Counted from the first letter of the stretch, positions 19,242-28,363 are shown. The stretch is 64,000 nt of DNA from Dehalococcoidia bacterium (GCA_034423195.1 DAOUIZ010000066.1:95740-159739); one strand, 5' to 3'. Translations and numbers: made by a program. Notes: generated by a model from the letters alone, not told the origin.

Positions 19242-20660
19242 ATGTCCCGGTTTCGCAGTTGGTATCTGCCATTCTTGATTGTCATGACGGCCTGCGCCGT
19301 CCTCGCCGCAGCCTGCACGCCGGCAGCCGAGGTCCGCGAGGTACAGGTAACAGTCGAAGTCCCCGGTGAAACCCAGGTCCAGGAAGTCCCCGTCACCGTC
19401 GAGGTTGAAAAGGAAGTGACCAGGGACGTTCCCGTGACCGTCCAGGTCGAAGTCGAGAAAGAGGTTACCAGAGATGTCCCGGTAACCGTCCAGGTCCCCA
19501 TGGAAGCCCTCGACCCCCTCATCGTCGGCAACCTCAACGCCTTCACCGGCTCCATCGCCGAGTTCGGTCCTCCCCTCCGCAACTCCGTCGAGCTCGCCGC
19601 AGACCACGTCAACCGCGCCGGTGGAGTCGGCGGTGGCTCCATGGTCATCATCAGCCGCGACACCGGCGTCAACCCGGTCCAGGGCGTGGACGGCGCCAAG
19701 GCCCTCGTTGACGTCGAAAACGCCGCCGCCATCGTCGGCGCCCTTTCCAGCGGCGTGACCATCGCCGTTGCCCAGTCCGTCACCATCCCCCAGGAAACCC
19801 TCACCATCTCCGGAGCGTCCACCGCTCCCGGCATCACCGTGCTGGAGGACAACGACTTCCTCTTCCGCACCACCCCCTCCGACGCCGCCCAGGGTGTGGT
19901 CCTGGCCCGGGTCGCCCGCGAGCAGGGTTACGAGAACGTCGGCATCATGTACATCAACAACGCCTACGGGGAAGGTCTCGCCAACCAGTTCGAGGAGAGC
20001 TTTACCGCCCTCGGCGGACGGGTCTCTTCCAGTGTCCCCCACGAAGACGTCCAGCCCACCTACGTATCCGAGCTGGAAAAGGCCACCAGCGGCGACCCCG
20101 ATGCCCTGGCCGTCCTGAGCTACACCGGCCAGTCTGCCGTCTATGTCCGCGAGGCATTGGAAGGCGGCTACGCGGACAAGTTCCTCCTTGCCGACGGCAC
20201 CAAGGGCCCGGAATGGATCGAAGGCATCAACGCCTGGGAAGCCCTGGACGGCACCCTGGGGACGGCTCCGGGCAGCCAGGGTTCTGCGGCCAAGGACGCC
20301 TTCGAGTCGGCCTACACCGAGAGCTACGGCTTCCCGCCCTCTCACCCCTTCATGGGTGAACACTACGACGCCACCGTGCTCATCGCCCTCGCCGCCGCCA
20401 AGGCCGGCAGCACCACCGACTCCGCCGCCATCCGCGACGCCCTGCGGGACGTTGCCAACGCCCCAGGCGAGGTCGTCGGCCCGGGCCGTGATGAAGTCGC
20501 CCGCGCCCTCTCCCTCATCGCCGACGGCCAGGACATCAACTACAACGGCGCCGCCGGCGACATCGAGTTCGACGAGAACGGCGACGTCTTCGGCACCATC
20601 GAAATCTGGCAGGTCAAGGACGGCGAAATCCAGTCCACCGGCCGGTTCGAGCTTCCCTAG
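19242..20660 (+). CDS. ABC transporter substrate-binding lipoprotein (Leu/Ile/Val-binding, LivK-like) with repeat tether
   Basis: AGGAGG lies 5 nt upstream of the ATG at 19242. The signal plus lipobox is FLIVMTACAVLAAAC, followed by a V/E-rich repeat tether and then a type I periplasmic binding fold (AIVGALSSG, YINNAYGEG). Confidence 0.85.
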   Translation: MSRFRSWYLPFLIVMTACAVLAAACTPAAEVREVQVTVEVPGETQVQEVPVTVEVEKEVTRDVPVTVQVEVEKEVTRDVPVTVQVPMEALDPLIVGNLNAFTGSIAEFGPPLRNSVELAADHVNRAGGVGGGSMVIISRDTGVNPVQGVDGAKALVDVENAAAIVGALSSGVTIAVAQSVTIPQETLTISGASTAPGITVLEDNDFLFRTTPSDAAQGVVLARVAREQGYENVGIMYINNAYGEGLANQFEESFTALGGRVSSSVPHEDVQPTYVSELEKATSGDPDALAVLSYTGQSAVYVREALEGGYADKFLLADGTKGPEWIEGINAWEALDGTLGTAPGSQGSAAKDAFESAYTESYGFPPSHPFMGEHYDATVLIALAAAKAGSTTDSAAIRDALRDVANAPGEVVGPGRDEVARALSLIADGQDINYNGAAGDIEFDENGDVFGTIEIWQVKDGEIQSTGRFELP

Positions 20661-20690
20661 CCGCCCGTCGTAGCCCCCCACTCCAGGCAA

Positions 20691-20723
20691 GTGCGGCGGC
20701 CTCTGGGGCCGCCGCACTCGTTT
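20691..20723 (+). terminator. rho-independent terminator
   Basis: GTGCGGCGGCC-tctgg-GGCCGCCGCAC (11-bp stem) followed by TCGTTT. Confidence 0.75.
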
Positions 20724-20851
20724 GGAAACCATCCAAAGGCCCCATCCCCCTTCCCGCCGGAAGGGCCCACCCCCACTAAGAAACTTTCTTAAAAGTCCCT
20801 CCCACCTTGACGGCAGGGCCATAGCATCAAGTCTGACTCGGTCCTTTCGCC

Positions 20852-21013
20852 GCTCTTCCCGTCATTCCCGCGCAGAGCCTGCCCCTGGCAACTGAGGAGA
20901 GACGACGAAGGAGGGAAAGGGGCGGGAATCCAGACCCCCGTCGTATGTTCCCCGCAATATTGTGTTGGCGGTGTACTGGAAGTTCCAACAAACTGACACT
21001 CATGGCAATCGCC
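20852..21013 (+). repeat. intergenic repeat family 1, long form, copy A
   Basis: Near-identical over about 80 nt to 28128..28283 (ATTCCCGCGCAG...GGCGGGAATCCAGACCCCCGT), then about 70% similar for a further ~80 nt. The arms ATTCCCGC/GCGGGAAT are inverted. Confidence 0.85.
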
Positions 21014-21107
21014 ATGTAAATCAGTCCACCTCCCGCACAGACGGGACCATGGGTCAGGATGGGTGTGTCAGGCGGGGGCGCGACAGCACCGCCTTTGAGC
21101 TGGTTTC

Positions 21108-22091
21108 CTACTGGTCCGGTATCCGGGCAATCCGGCGTTCCTCCCCCAGGATCCCTCCCGGCCGCACCAGGATAACCGCCACAATCAGCACCCCGATCAT
21201 CATCAGCCGGAAACTGGGATCGGCAAATATCCCGGGCAGGAACTGCGTGCCTGACCAGATTCCCCACACGATGAAGGCCCCCAGCACCGCCCCAAAATTG
21301 TTCCCCGACCCACCCACCATCAGCATCGCCCAGATGATGAACGTCGCCAGCAGGGGATCGAAGGTCAGCGGCGCCAGGAACCGGAAATGATGCGCGAACA
21401 GCGCCCCGCCTATCCCCATGATTATCGCCCCCAGGACGAACGCCTGCAGCTTGAACCGGAACACATTCTTTCCGCTGGCTTCCGCCGCCGTCTCATCCTC
21501 CCGGATCGCCCGCAGCACCCGTCCCCACGGCGACTTCACCGCCCGCTCCAGCATGGCGAACACCACCACCAGGACCACCGCCGCCACCACCATGTACAAG
21601 AAGTCATAATACTTCGGCGACACCAGGTCTGACAGGAACGCCGGTATCCGGTACAACCCCTTCGAGCCGTTGGCCACCCACTTCTCGTTGAGGAAGAACA
21701 GCCGCACCGTCTCGGCAATGCCCAGCGTCGAGATCGCCAGGTAGTCGTCCCGCAGGCGCAAGGTGACGTAGCCGATCCCCAGGGCGACAGCCCCGCATAC
21801 CGCCGCCGCCGCCAGTATCCCCAGGATGAACCACAGGTCGAAACCCAGGTCCAGCAGCCAGACCTCTGCCATGTTCCCGCCGAAAACGAAGTCCTCGAAC
21901 AGCGCCGGGTCCGGCGGCCTGGTGGTCAGCAGCGCCGTCGTGTAGGCCCCCAGCGCAAAGAACCCGGCTATCCCTATGTTGAACAGCCCGGTGTACCCCC
22001 AGTGGACATTCAGCCCCAGGGCGAATATCGAATAAATGCAGGCGAAAACCAGGAAACCGGCCAGGTAGCTCAGGAGCCCGGTTACTTCCAT
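21108..22091 (-). CDS. livM: branched-chain amino acid ABC transporter permease
   Basis: 327-aa polytopic ORF with GLNVHWGYTGLFNIGIAGFFALGAY, a LivM-type motif. Confidence 0.85.
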   Translation of the reverse strand: MEVTGLLSYLAGFLVFACIYSIFALGLNVHWGYTGLFNIGIAGFFALGAYTTALLTTRPPDPALFEDFVFGGNMAEVWLLDLGFDLWFILGILAAAAVCGAVALGIGYVTLRLRDDYLAISTLGIAETVRLFFLNEKWVANGSKGLYRIPAFLSDLVSPKYYDFLYMVVAAVVLVVVFAMLERAVKSPWGRVLRAIREDETAAEASGKNVFRFKLQAFVLGAIIMGIGGALFAHHFRFLAPLTFDPLLATFIIWAMLMVGGSGNNFGAVLGAFIVWGIWSGTQFLPGIFADPSFRLMMIGVLIVAVILVRPGGILGEERRIARIPDQ

Positions 22092-22349
22092 CCTCTACAC
22101 TCCATCGCCCGAATTCGTCCCGTCGTTCCCTCTCTCGTTCCCCGCCGTCAATTCCACCCTCCTCGAAAAAATCCCGGGGCTGTCGCGGATGAAAAACACC
22201 CACAAATTGGTGCTATTCTCCGGTGCATATAACTTCCATTAACAACCTTTGAGTTGTGACAGGACAGCGCCCCTCCACCCCTCCGTTGCTCCGGTTAACC
22301 AGCGCCTCCCCGGCGGAGGAAACCAGGACATGGATGCCGCTTCCCGGAC

Positions 22350-23375
22350 TCAATTCCGCCCTCCTCCGAAAATGCCCCTGGGCCTCACCAGCAGGATCAG
22401 TATCATGATCCCGAACGCCACTGCCGGCTTGTAGCTCGGATTTATCCATTGGGTCGACACCTCCGCAGTCACCCCGATAACGAACGCCGCCACCAGGGCC
22501 CCGTAGGGGTTCCCCAGTCCTCCCAGCACCACCGCCGCGAACAGCGGAATCAGGAATTTCCACCCCATGATCGGCACCAGTTGGGCCTGGTAAACGGCCA
22601 AAAGTATCCCCGCGGTGGCCGACAGCGCCGCTGCCATGCCCCACGCCCACCAGATAACCCGTTCCGTCCCGATCCCGCTGACCCGCGCCAGGTCGGGATT
22701 GTCCGCCGTCGCCCGCATGGCCTTGCCCATCCTGGTCCGGGTCAATATCACGTAGACGGCCGATACCAGGATGACCGCCACCACGCCTATGAAGATGGCG
22801 TCGGGCGGAACGCGAATGTCCATCGGCAGGTGGAAAACCTTCCTCGTTTCCCTGGGAAAGTGCTGCACCTCGCTCGTCCAGATTACCTGCACCAGGCCCC
22901 GCATCGCGATGGCGACCCCCAGCGACGCCATCGACATCACCACCACGTTGACCCCCCTTGCCCTCAGCCGCCGGTAGATTGTGATGTCCAGGATGATTGC
23001 ACCGGCCGCCACCACCGCCACGGCTATGGGAAGCGCGATCAGCACCGGGTACCCGAAGGTGAACGGACCCAGCCCACTGCCCTCGATTCCCAGCGGGGCC
23101 AGCATCCCGGCCACGATGAACAGGCCCACGTAGGCCCCCATGGTCATGTAGTCCCCATGGGCCACGTTGGCGAAGTTCATCAGGCCGTAGACCAGGGTCA
23201 GCCCGATTGCTCCCAGGGCAATAATGGCCCCGATAAACACCCCGTTCACCACCAGGCTCATCTTCACGAACGGCAGGAACCCGACCCCCACCGCGACCAG
23301 GACCAGCAAGATGGTCGTATGCGCCGGCGTCCAGGCCAGCCGCACTTGCCCGAACCCTTCCTTCCAGGAGGCCAT
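22350..23375 (-). CDS. livH: branched-chain amino acid ABC transporter permease
   Basis: Polytopic ORF with GLTLVYGLMNFANVAHGDYMTMGAY, a LivH-type motif. I prefer the ATG at 23375 to the TTG at 23396. Confidence 0.85.
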   Translation of the reverse strand: MASWKEGFGQVRLAWTPAHTTILLVLVAVGVGFLPFVKMSLVVNGVFIGAIIALGAIGLTLVYGLMNFANVAHGDYMTMGAYVGLFIVAGMLAPLGIEGSGLGPFTFGYPVLIALPIAVAVVAAGAIILDITIYRRLRARGVNVVVMSMASLGVAIAMRGLVQVIWTSEVQHFPRETRKVFHLPMDIRVPPDAIFIGVVAVILVSAVYVILTRTRMGKAMRATADNPDLARVSGIGTERVIWWAWGMAAALSATAGILLAVYQAQLVPIMGWKFLIPLFAAVVLGGLGNPYGALVAAFVIGVTAEVSTQWINPSYKPAVAFGIMILILLVRPRGIFGGGRN

Positions 23376-23407
23376 CAAATTCCCGCCTCTCCCCAATGCA
23401 ATCCCCT

Positions 23408-24112
23408 CTATCCCCCCAGGTAAAGGCTTCTGATTTCCGGATCGTTCAGCAATTCCCTCCCGTTGCCTTCCAGCCGGTTTTCCCCTGCGACCAGGACGTA
23501 TCCCCTCTGCGACATTTGCAGCGCCTCCCGGGCATTTTGCTCCACCATCAGCAGCGCGACCCCTCTGCGGTTGATCTCCCGCAGCCGCTCGAAAACGTTG
23601 TCCATCATCACCGGGGAAAGCCCCGCCGACGGTTCATCCAGCATCAACAGGCTGGGATTGAGCATCAGCGCCCGGCCAATCGCCAGCATCTGCCGCTGTC
23701 CCCCGGATAGGCTGCCCGCCTTCCGCTCCGGCCGGAAGCCCAGGTCCGGGAACAGGTCCAGCATATCCGCCATCCGCCCCCGGATATCGTCCCGCCTCAC
23801 AAACGCACCCATCTCCAGGTTCTCCCGTATGCTCAGCGAAGGAAAAACATTGTTGGTCTGGGGGACGTAGCAAAGACCCCGCCGGACAATCGCCTCCGCC
23901 GGTGACCCCGAAATCGCCTCCCCCTGGAACCTCACATCCCCCTTCCACACCCCCACCAGGCCCACGATGGCCTTCATCAGCGTGGACTTCCCGCACCCGT
24001 TGGGGCCGATGATGGTGACGATTTCCCCCTCTTCCACCGCCACCGATACGCCGTGAAGCACCTCGGTCTGCCCGTATCCGGCCACCACCCCGGAGGCATC
24101 AAGAAGTGCCAC
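23408..24112 (-). CDS. livF: branched-chain amino acid ABC transporter ATP-binding protein
   Basis: 234-aa ORF with Walker A GPNGCGKST, signature LSGGQRQML and Walker B LLMLDEPS. Confidence 0.88.
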   Translation of the reverse strand: MALLDASGVVAGYGQTEVLHGVSVAVEEGEIVTIIGPNGCGKSTLMKAIVGLVGVWKGDVRFQGEAISGSPAEAIVRRGLCYVPQTNNVFPSLSIRENLEMGAFVRRDDIRGRMADMLDLFPDLGFRPERKAGSLSGGQRQMLAIGRALMLNPSLLMLDEPSAGLSPVMMDNVFERLREINRRGVALLMVEQNAREALQMSQRGYVLVAGENRLEGNGRELLNDPEIRSLYLGG

Positions 24113-24887
24113 TCGCCCGCCTCCCCAGGTACGCTTCCATCACCTGCGGGTCATGCTGGACATCCAGCGGGGTGCCTTCGGCGATTACCGAGCCGTTCGC
24201 CATGACGATTATCGGGTCGCACATGGTCATCACGAACCGCATGTCGTGTTCAATGATGACGAACGTAATCCCCCGCTCCACGCTGGCCGTCAGGATGTTC
24301 CTGGCCAGGTCCTGCAGGAGCGTCCGGTTCACCCCGGCCCCCGGCTCGTCCAGCAGCACCACCTTCGGCTTGGACATCAGGGTCCTCCCGAACTCCAGCA
24401 GCTTCTTCTGCCCCCCCGACAGGTTGCCGGCATATTCGTTCGCCAGGTGGGAGAAGCTCAACAGCTCGAGAATCTCCAGCGCCTGTCCCTCGATGCGTTT
24501 TTCCTCCCTGGCCACCCTTCCCGGCAGCAGCCATGACGCCCAGACCCGCTCCCCGGTCTGGGAACCCGGCACCAGCATCAGGTTTTCCAGCACCGTCATC
24601 CGCTGCATTTCCCGGGGAATCTGGAACGTCCGCACCAGGCCCAGCCCGAAGGTCTGCGACATGCCCATTCCGTCGATGCGCCGGCCGTCCAGGCGAATGC
24701 TTCCGCTGCTGGGAGAGAGTGCGCCCGATATCAGGTTGAACAGCGTTGTCTTCCCCGCGCCGTTGGGGCCGATGATGCCCGTAATGGTCCCCGGCATGAT
24801 TCGCACCGAACAATGGTCCACTGCGCGGAGGCCCCCGAAGTCCTTCACCAGGTCCCGGGTTTCAAGAATGGGAGATTGTGAGCTCAC
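24099..24887 (-). CDS. livG: branched-chain amino acid ABC transporter ATP-binding protein
   Basis: Walker A GPNGAGKTT, signature LSGGQKKLL and Walker B VVLLDEPGAG. I prefer the GTG at 24887, which lies 5 nt after AAGGAG. The track start at 25049 would add an unlikely 54-aa extension. Confidence 0.85.
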   Translation of the reverse strand: MSSQSPILETRDLVKDFGGLRAVDHCSVRIMPGTITGIIGPNGAGKTTLFNLISGALSPSSGSIRLDGRRIDGMGMSQTFGLGLVRTFQIPREMQRMTVLENLMLVPGSQTGERVWASWLLPGRVAREEKRIEGQALEILELLSFSHLANEYAGNLSGGQKKLLEFGRTLMSKPKVVLLDEPGAGVNRTLLQDLARNILTASVERGITFVIIEHDMRFVMTMCDPIIVMANGSVIAEGTPLDVQHDPQVMEAYLGRRASGTS

Positions 24888-25230
24888 CGGGTCTCCTTTG
24901 CGGAGCCGAACCCCGCTTGCAGGCCCCGCTTGATGTAGGAATCGGGAACGGCCCTCCCCGACCGGCTGCATCCCGCCGGCCGCAACATGGGAACTATCCA
25001 ACAGGAACCCTCCGAAGTTAACGTGAAACTGTTGCGAAGAATAACTCAACCTGATGCACCCGCTCAGGCAGAGCCCCGGCCTGGTCCGTATCGGTCCCGC
25101 GCCCCCCCATTATCCCATACAATGCGCAACCCATGATGCCCCGCCGTGCCTGGCGCATCGGAGTCGCTATGGATGGACCGACCTGCCCCGTGCAGTGAAC
25201 GTTTTGTGAATAGGTTTGGTAAACTGGTTA

Positions 25231-26427
25231 ATGCAGCAACCCCGATATGAGAGGAAACCCTTGAGGACTTTTGTCACGGCCATCTCCATCGCCCTGCTCT
25301 TGTTGTCATTTGCCGCTTGCCAGGGAAGCCCCGGCCCGGCGGGGCAACAGGGGCCTCCCGGACCGGCAGGCTCCAGTGGCCCGGCTGGCCCCGCTGGTCC
25401 GGCCGGTGTAGCCGGAGAGCAAGGGCCCCCCGGAATAGCAGGCCCCGCTGGTCCAACCGGAGGACAAGGGCCTGCGGGCCCGGCCGGGCCCGCAGGTGAA
25501 GCGGCCACTCTCGACGAGTCTGACCTGCAACAGCTTCTTCAACAGATGGAAAGCGAGCTCCAGGACAGTCTGATCGACGCCATCGCTGAGGCGAGAATAC
25601 CCGCCGATGACCCCGCCGCCGCTCAACCGCCGGTGTCCGGCCAGCCCCAGGTCTCCGCTCCCCCCAGGTGGATGCCCGAAGAGTACACAAGGCATTTCGT
25701 GCGGGAGGCAATCCGGCGCTACGACGCCGACGGACTGGACTCCACCGCCGCCTACTACAACACCCCGGAGAGCGTGGACGGCCAGTGGTACGTATTCATA
25801 GCCGACGAGAGCGGGGCCTTGGTAGCCCACGCCAACCCCGACCTGGTTGGCGTGCCCTTGGACGATGTCCTTGGCCCCAACAGCTACCCTTCCGGCGCAG
25901 CCGTGGCGGCCACGGCCGATGAGGACGGGGCATGGTTTGACTACACCTTCCTCAATCTGGACACCGGCACCGTCCAGACCAAGCATTCCTGGATGGTGGT
26001 GCACGACGGCATCATCTTCGGCTCCGGCTGGTACGAGGAGGGCCCCCGCAAGACCGACGCCCCCGCCTATACCCGGGCCTTCGTGGAACAGGCGATCAAT
26101 CTCTACAACGCCGTGGGCTTCGAGGACACCATCGCCTACTACAACTCCAGGGACAGCATCGACGGCCAGTGGTATGTATTCATCGTCGAAGCCGAAAGCG
26201 GGCTCACCGTCGCCCACTACAATCCGGCCTTTAGGGGTAGGGACCCCAGCCTGCGGGTGGATCCCACGGGGTACTTCTACGGCGGCGACCTGCTGGCCGC
26301 CCCCGGGTCAGGGAGCTGGATCGAGTACGTCATAACCAACCCGGAAACCGGCGAAAACCAGCGGAAGCACACCTTCGCCGTCCTTCACGACGGGTACATC
26401 TTCGCTTCGGGTTGGTACGAACAGTAA
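25231..26427 (+). CDS. lipoprotein with collagen-like (G-X-Y)20 stalk and two sCache_2-like domains
   Basis: Signal plus lipobox [13 protein letters not shown]. Twenty uninterrupted G-X-Y triplets span 25324..25503. Two internally repeated ~130-aa modules follow ([29 protein letters not shown]... and [30 protein letters not shown]..., each ending ...GSGWYE). Confidence 0.8.
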   Translation: MQQPRYERKPLRTFVTAISIALLLLSFAACQGSPGPAGQQGPPGPAGSSGPAGPAGPAGVAGEQGPPGIAGPAGPTGGQGPAGPAGPAGEAATLDESDLQQLLQQMESELQDSLIDAIAEARIPADDPAAAQPPVSGQPQVSAPPRWMPEEYTRHFVREAIRRYDADGLDSTAAYYNTPESVDGQWYVFIADESGALVAHANPDLVGVPLDDVLGPNSYPSGAAVAATADEDGAWFDYTFLNLDTGTVQTKHSWMVVHDGIIFGSGWYEEGPRKTDAPAYTRAFVEQAINLYNAVGFEDTIAYYNSRDSIDGQWYVFIVEAESGLTVAHYNPAFRGRDPSLRVDPTGYFYGGDLLAAPGSGSWIEYVITNPETGENQRKHTFAVLHDGYIFASGWYEQ

Positions 26428-26548
26428 ACTCCGTCGCTCATTTGAAAGGCCCTGCTCCGCGATCCGCCGCCCTTGACATCCTCCCACGGCTATATTACGT
26501 TATTTACACCACCCCACCACCTCTCAGGTGGCGGCGCAACCGGAACGA

Positions 26549-26623
26549 GCGGAAGTGGCTCAGTGGTAGAGCATCTCCTTGCCAAGGAGAGGGTCGCGAG
26601 TTCGAATCTCGTCTTCCGCTCCA
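26549..26623 (+). tRNA. tRNA-Gly (anticodon GCC)
   Basis: GCGGAAG acceptor, GCTC-AGTGGTA-GAGC D arm, TCTCC-TTGCCAA-GGAGA anticodon arm, GCGAG-TTCGAAT-CTCGT T arm, encoded CCA. Length 75 nt. Confidence 0.93.
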
Positions 26624-26736
26624 TCTTCCCCAGTCTTCCCTTCTCAACTACCTCTTCTCACGCCTCTTTGCAGGTATATATCCCGGTGCTTGCTGCCTTG
26701 ATTAAAGGGATAGTACCCGCCTCTCCCGGACCATCT

Positions 26737-28014
26737 TTGAAGGTCCCCGCGTTCGCCTTTCTGGTGATGTTCCTGCTGGCCTGCGGGACCCCTGAGCAGC
26801 CACCGGTTATGGAAACCCGTCTGCCAACAGCGGCAGCGGAAGTTCCAACCGTAACCCCCACGCCCACCCCCGCCCCTACGGAGGCTCCGACCTCCATTCC
26901 TGCGCCAACCCCCCTGCCGTCACCGGAACCCGATCCCCTCGACGGCCGCCCGGTCAACCTCCCCGCCGACGAGGGCCGCCACCGCGACCCGGTGGAATGG
27001 TGGTACTTCAACGGCCACCTGCAGGACGAGTTTGGCAACGATTACAGCTACCACTACGTTGCCTTCGAGTTCGTCACCCCCGAGGGAATCGTCGCCCGCC
27101 TGCTTCAATACAGCTGGGCCGATCACGGGACTGGGCGCAGGAATGCCGGGGAGCAGTTCTACCTGCCCCAGGCCGGGCTGCCCCAGCCCGCGAATGCCGG
27201 ACCCACCCCCACCCCGGTCCCCCTGGACCTCGAAACCGGCGAGATTGACGTCAGGACCGGAGACTTGGTCCTGTCCGGCGATGGGCAGGAATACTCCCTG
27301 GCATTCCAGTTCCCTGTCGGCCCCTCGGTCCGGCTTTCCGCTTCGTCCGTCAAGCCGCCGCTGCTGCACCGGAAAACCGGCCTGGTCGACCTCGGCCCGG
27401 CGGGCAGGACCTGGTACTACACGCGCCCCCGCCTGGAAACCTCGGGGACCGTCACCGTCAACGGTGAATCCATGCCCGTCGCCGGGCTTTCCTGGATGGA
27501 CCACCAGTGGGGCGACGCCACCACCGCCCTGGAGGTGGGTTGGGACTGGTTCAGCCTCAACCTGGACGATGGCGCCGACCTCATGGTCTCGATAGTCTGG
27601 GAGGTGGACGGCCGGGAGCCCATCGCCACGTACGGCACCCTGGCCCTGCCTGCATCCGGCCCCGGTGAAGGCGGGAGGATCCTCCACCTTGACGTCGGGG
27701 AAATCACGTTGACTCCCACCGGCTCGTGGTCAAGCCCGGAGACCGGCGGGGTGTACCCCATGGGCTGGGACTTGTCGGTCAGGCTTGACGACAACCGGCC
27801 GGACCTCCCCTGGGCCGAAATGACGCTGGAGCTGACCCCGCGCCGGGAGGACTCCGAGTTTCCGCCCAGCCCCTTCGTGCCAATTGATTACTGGGAAGGT
27901 GCGGTCACCGCCGAAGGCCGGCAGGACGGACTGGCCGTCTCCGGGGTGGGGTTCGTGGAGATGGTGGGTTACGCGCCCCGCCGGGCCCTCTCCCTGCCCG
28001 GCCAGGCTCCCTAA
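26737..28014 (+). CDS. lipoprotein with CrtC/AttH-like lipocalin domain
   Basis: The track ORF (26473) runs through the tRNA. The in-frame TTG at 26737 gives MKVPAFAFLVMFLLAC, a lipobox signal. A PT-rich tether follows, then VEWWYFNGHL...SWMDHQWGD, typical of AttH/hydroxyneurosporene-synthase-like proteins. Confidence 0.75.
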   Translation: MKVPAFAFLVMFLLACGTPEQPPVMETRLPTAAAEVPTVTPTPTPAPTEAPTSIPAPTPLPSPEPDPLDGRPVNLPADEGRHRDPVEWWYFNGHLQDEFGNDYSYHYVAFEFVTPEGIVARLLQYSWADHGTGRRNAGEQFYLPQAGLPQPANAGPTPTPVPLDLETGEIDVRTGDLVLSGDGQEYSLAFQFPVGPSVRLSASSVKPPLLHRKTGLVDLGPAGRTWYYTRPRLETSGTVTVNGESMPVAGLSWMDHQWGDATTALEVGWDWFSLNLDDGADLMVSIVWEVDGREPIATYGTLALPASGPGEGGRILHLDVGEITLTPTGSWSSPETGGVYPMGWDLSVRLDDNRPDLPWAEMTLELTPRREDSEFPPSPFVPIDYWEGAVTAEGRQDGLAVSGVGFVEMVGYAPRRALSLPGQAP

Positions 28015-28127
28015 CTCGCGGTACAGGGCTATCGCATGAAGGCTGACTCTAATCTTTCACCTCTTCTCCCATCATTGCCATGAAAATGGCCCATTTTCAT
28101 TCTTCATACGTGGCCTCCGCAAGGCCA

Positions 28128-28283
28128 TACGCAATTCCCGAGCAGAGCCTGCCCCTGGCGACTGAGGAGGGACGACGAAGGAGGGAAAGGGGCGGGAATC
28201 CAGACCCCCGTTGTCGGTCCCTCCACAGTATCGTGCTGGTCGTTTACCGACAGTTTGACCAAACTGCCACTCATGCGATTGCC
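28128..28283 (+). repeat. intergenic repeat family 1, long form, copy B
   Basis: See copy A. It has the same orientation and again lies downstream of a + strand gene. Confidence 0.85.
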
Positions 28284-28363
28284 CTAACTCGCGGGACCAC
28301 AATCCTTTTCACCCGGCGCTAAAATTGGTATGTTCTTGAAAGGAAGGAGAACCACCGGGGAAA

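Noticed and set aside
19101-20822. 573-aa minus-strand ORF antisense to the substrate-binding protein gene.
   Set aside because: It is a Gly/Asp/Val-rich antisense translation of the SBP gene. The SBP frame has a signal peptide, a lipobox, an RBS and family motifs.
26473-26736. Upstream extension of the AttH-like ORF.
   Set aside because: It runs straight through tRNA-Gly(GCC) at 26549..26623. The TTG at 26737 gives a proper lipobox signal peptide.
20852-28283. Whether the repeat pair A/B could be a diversity-generating retroelement TR/VR pair or a CRISPR-like array.
   Set aside because: The differences between copies are not adenine-specific. No reverse transcriptase or cas genes lie nearby. 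The copies are 7 kb apart and not regularly spaced.
28072-28322. ORFs 28080..28322 (+), 28072..28302 (-) and 20827..21267 (-) lying over the family-1 repeats.
   Set aside because: The two repeat copies are read in different frames by these ORFs. Indels between the copies break any common frame, and copy A has no start codon in the frame equivalent to the copy B ORF.
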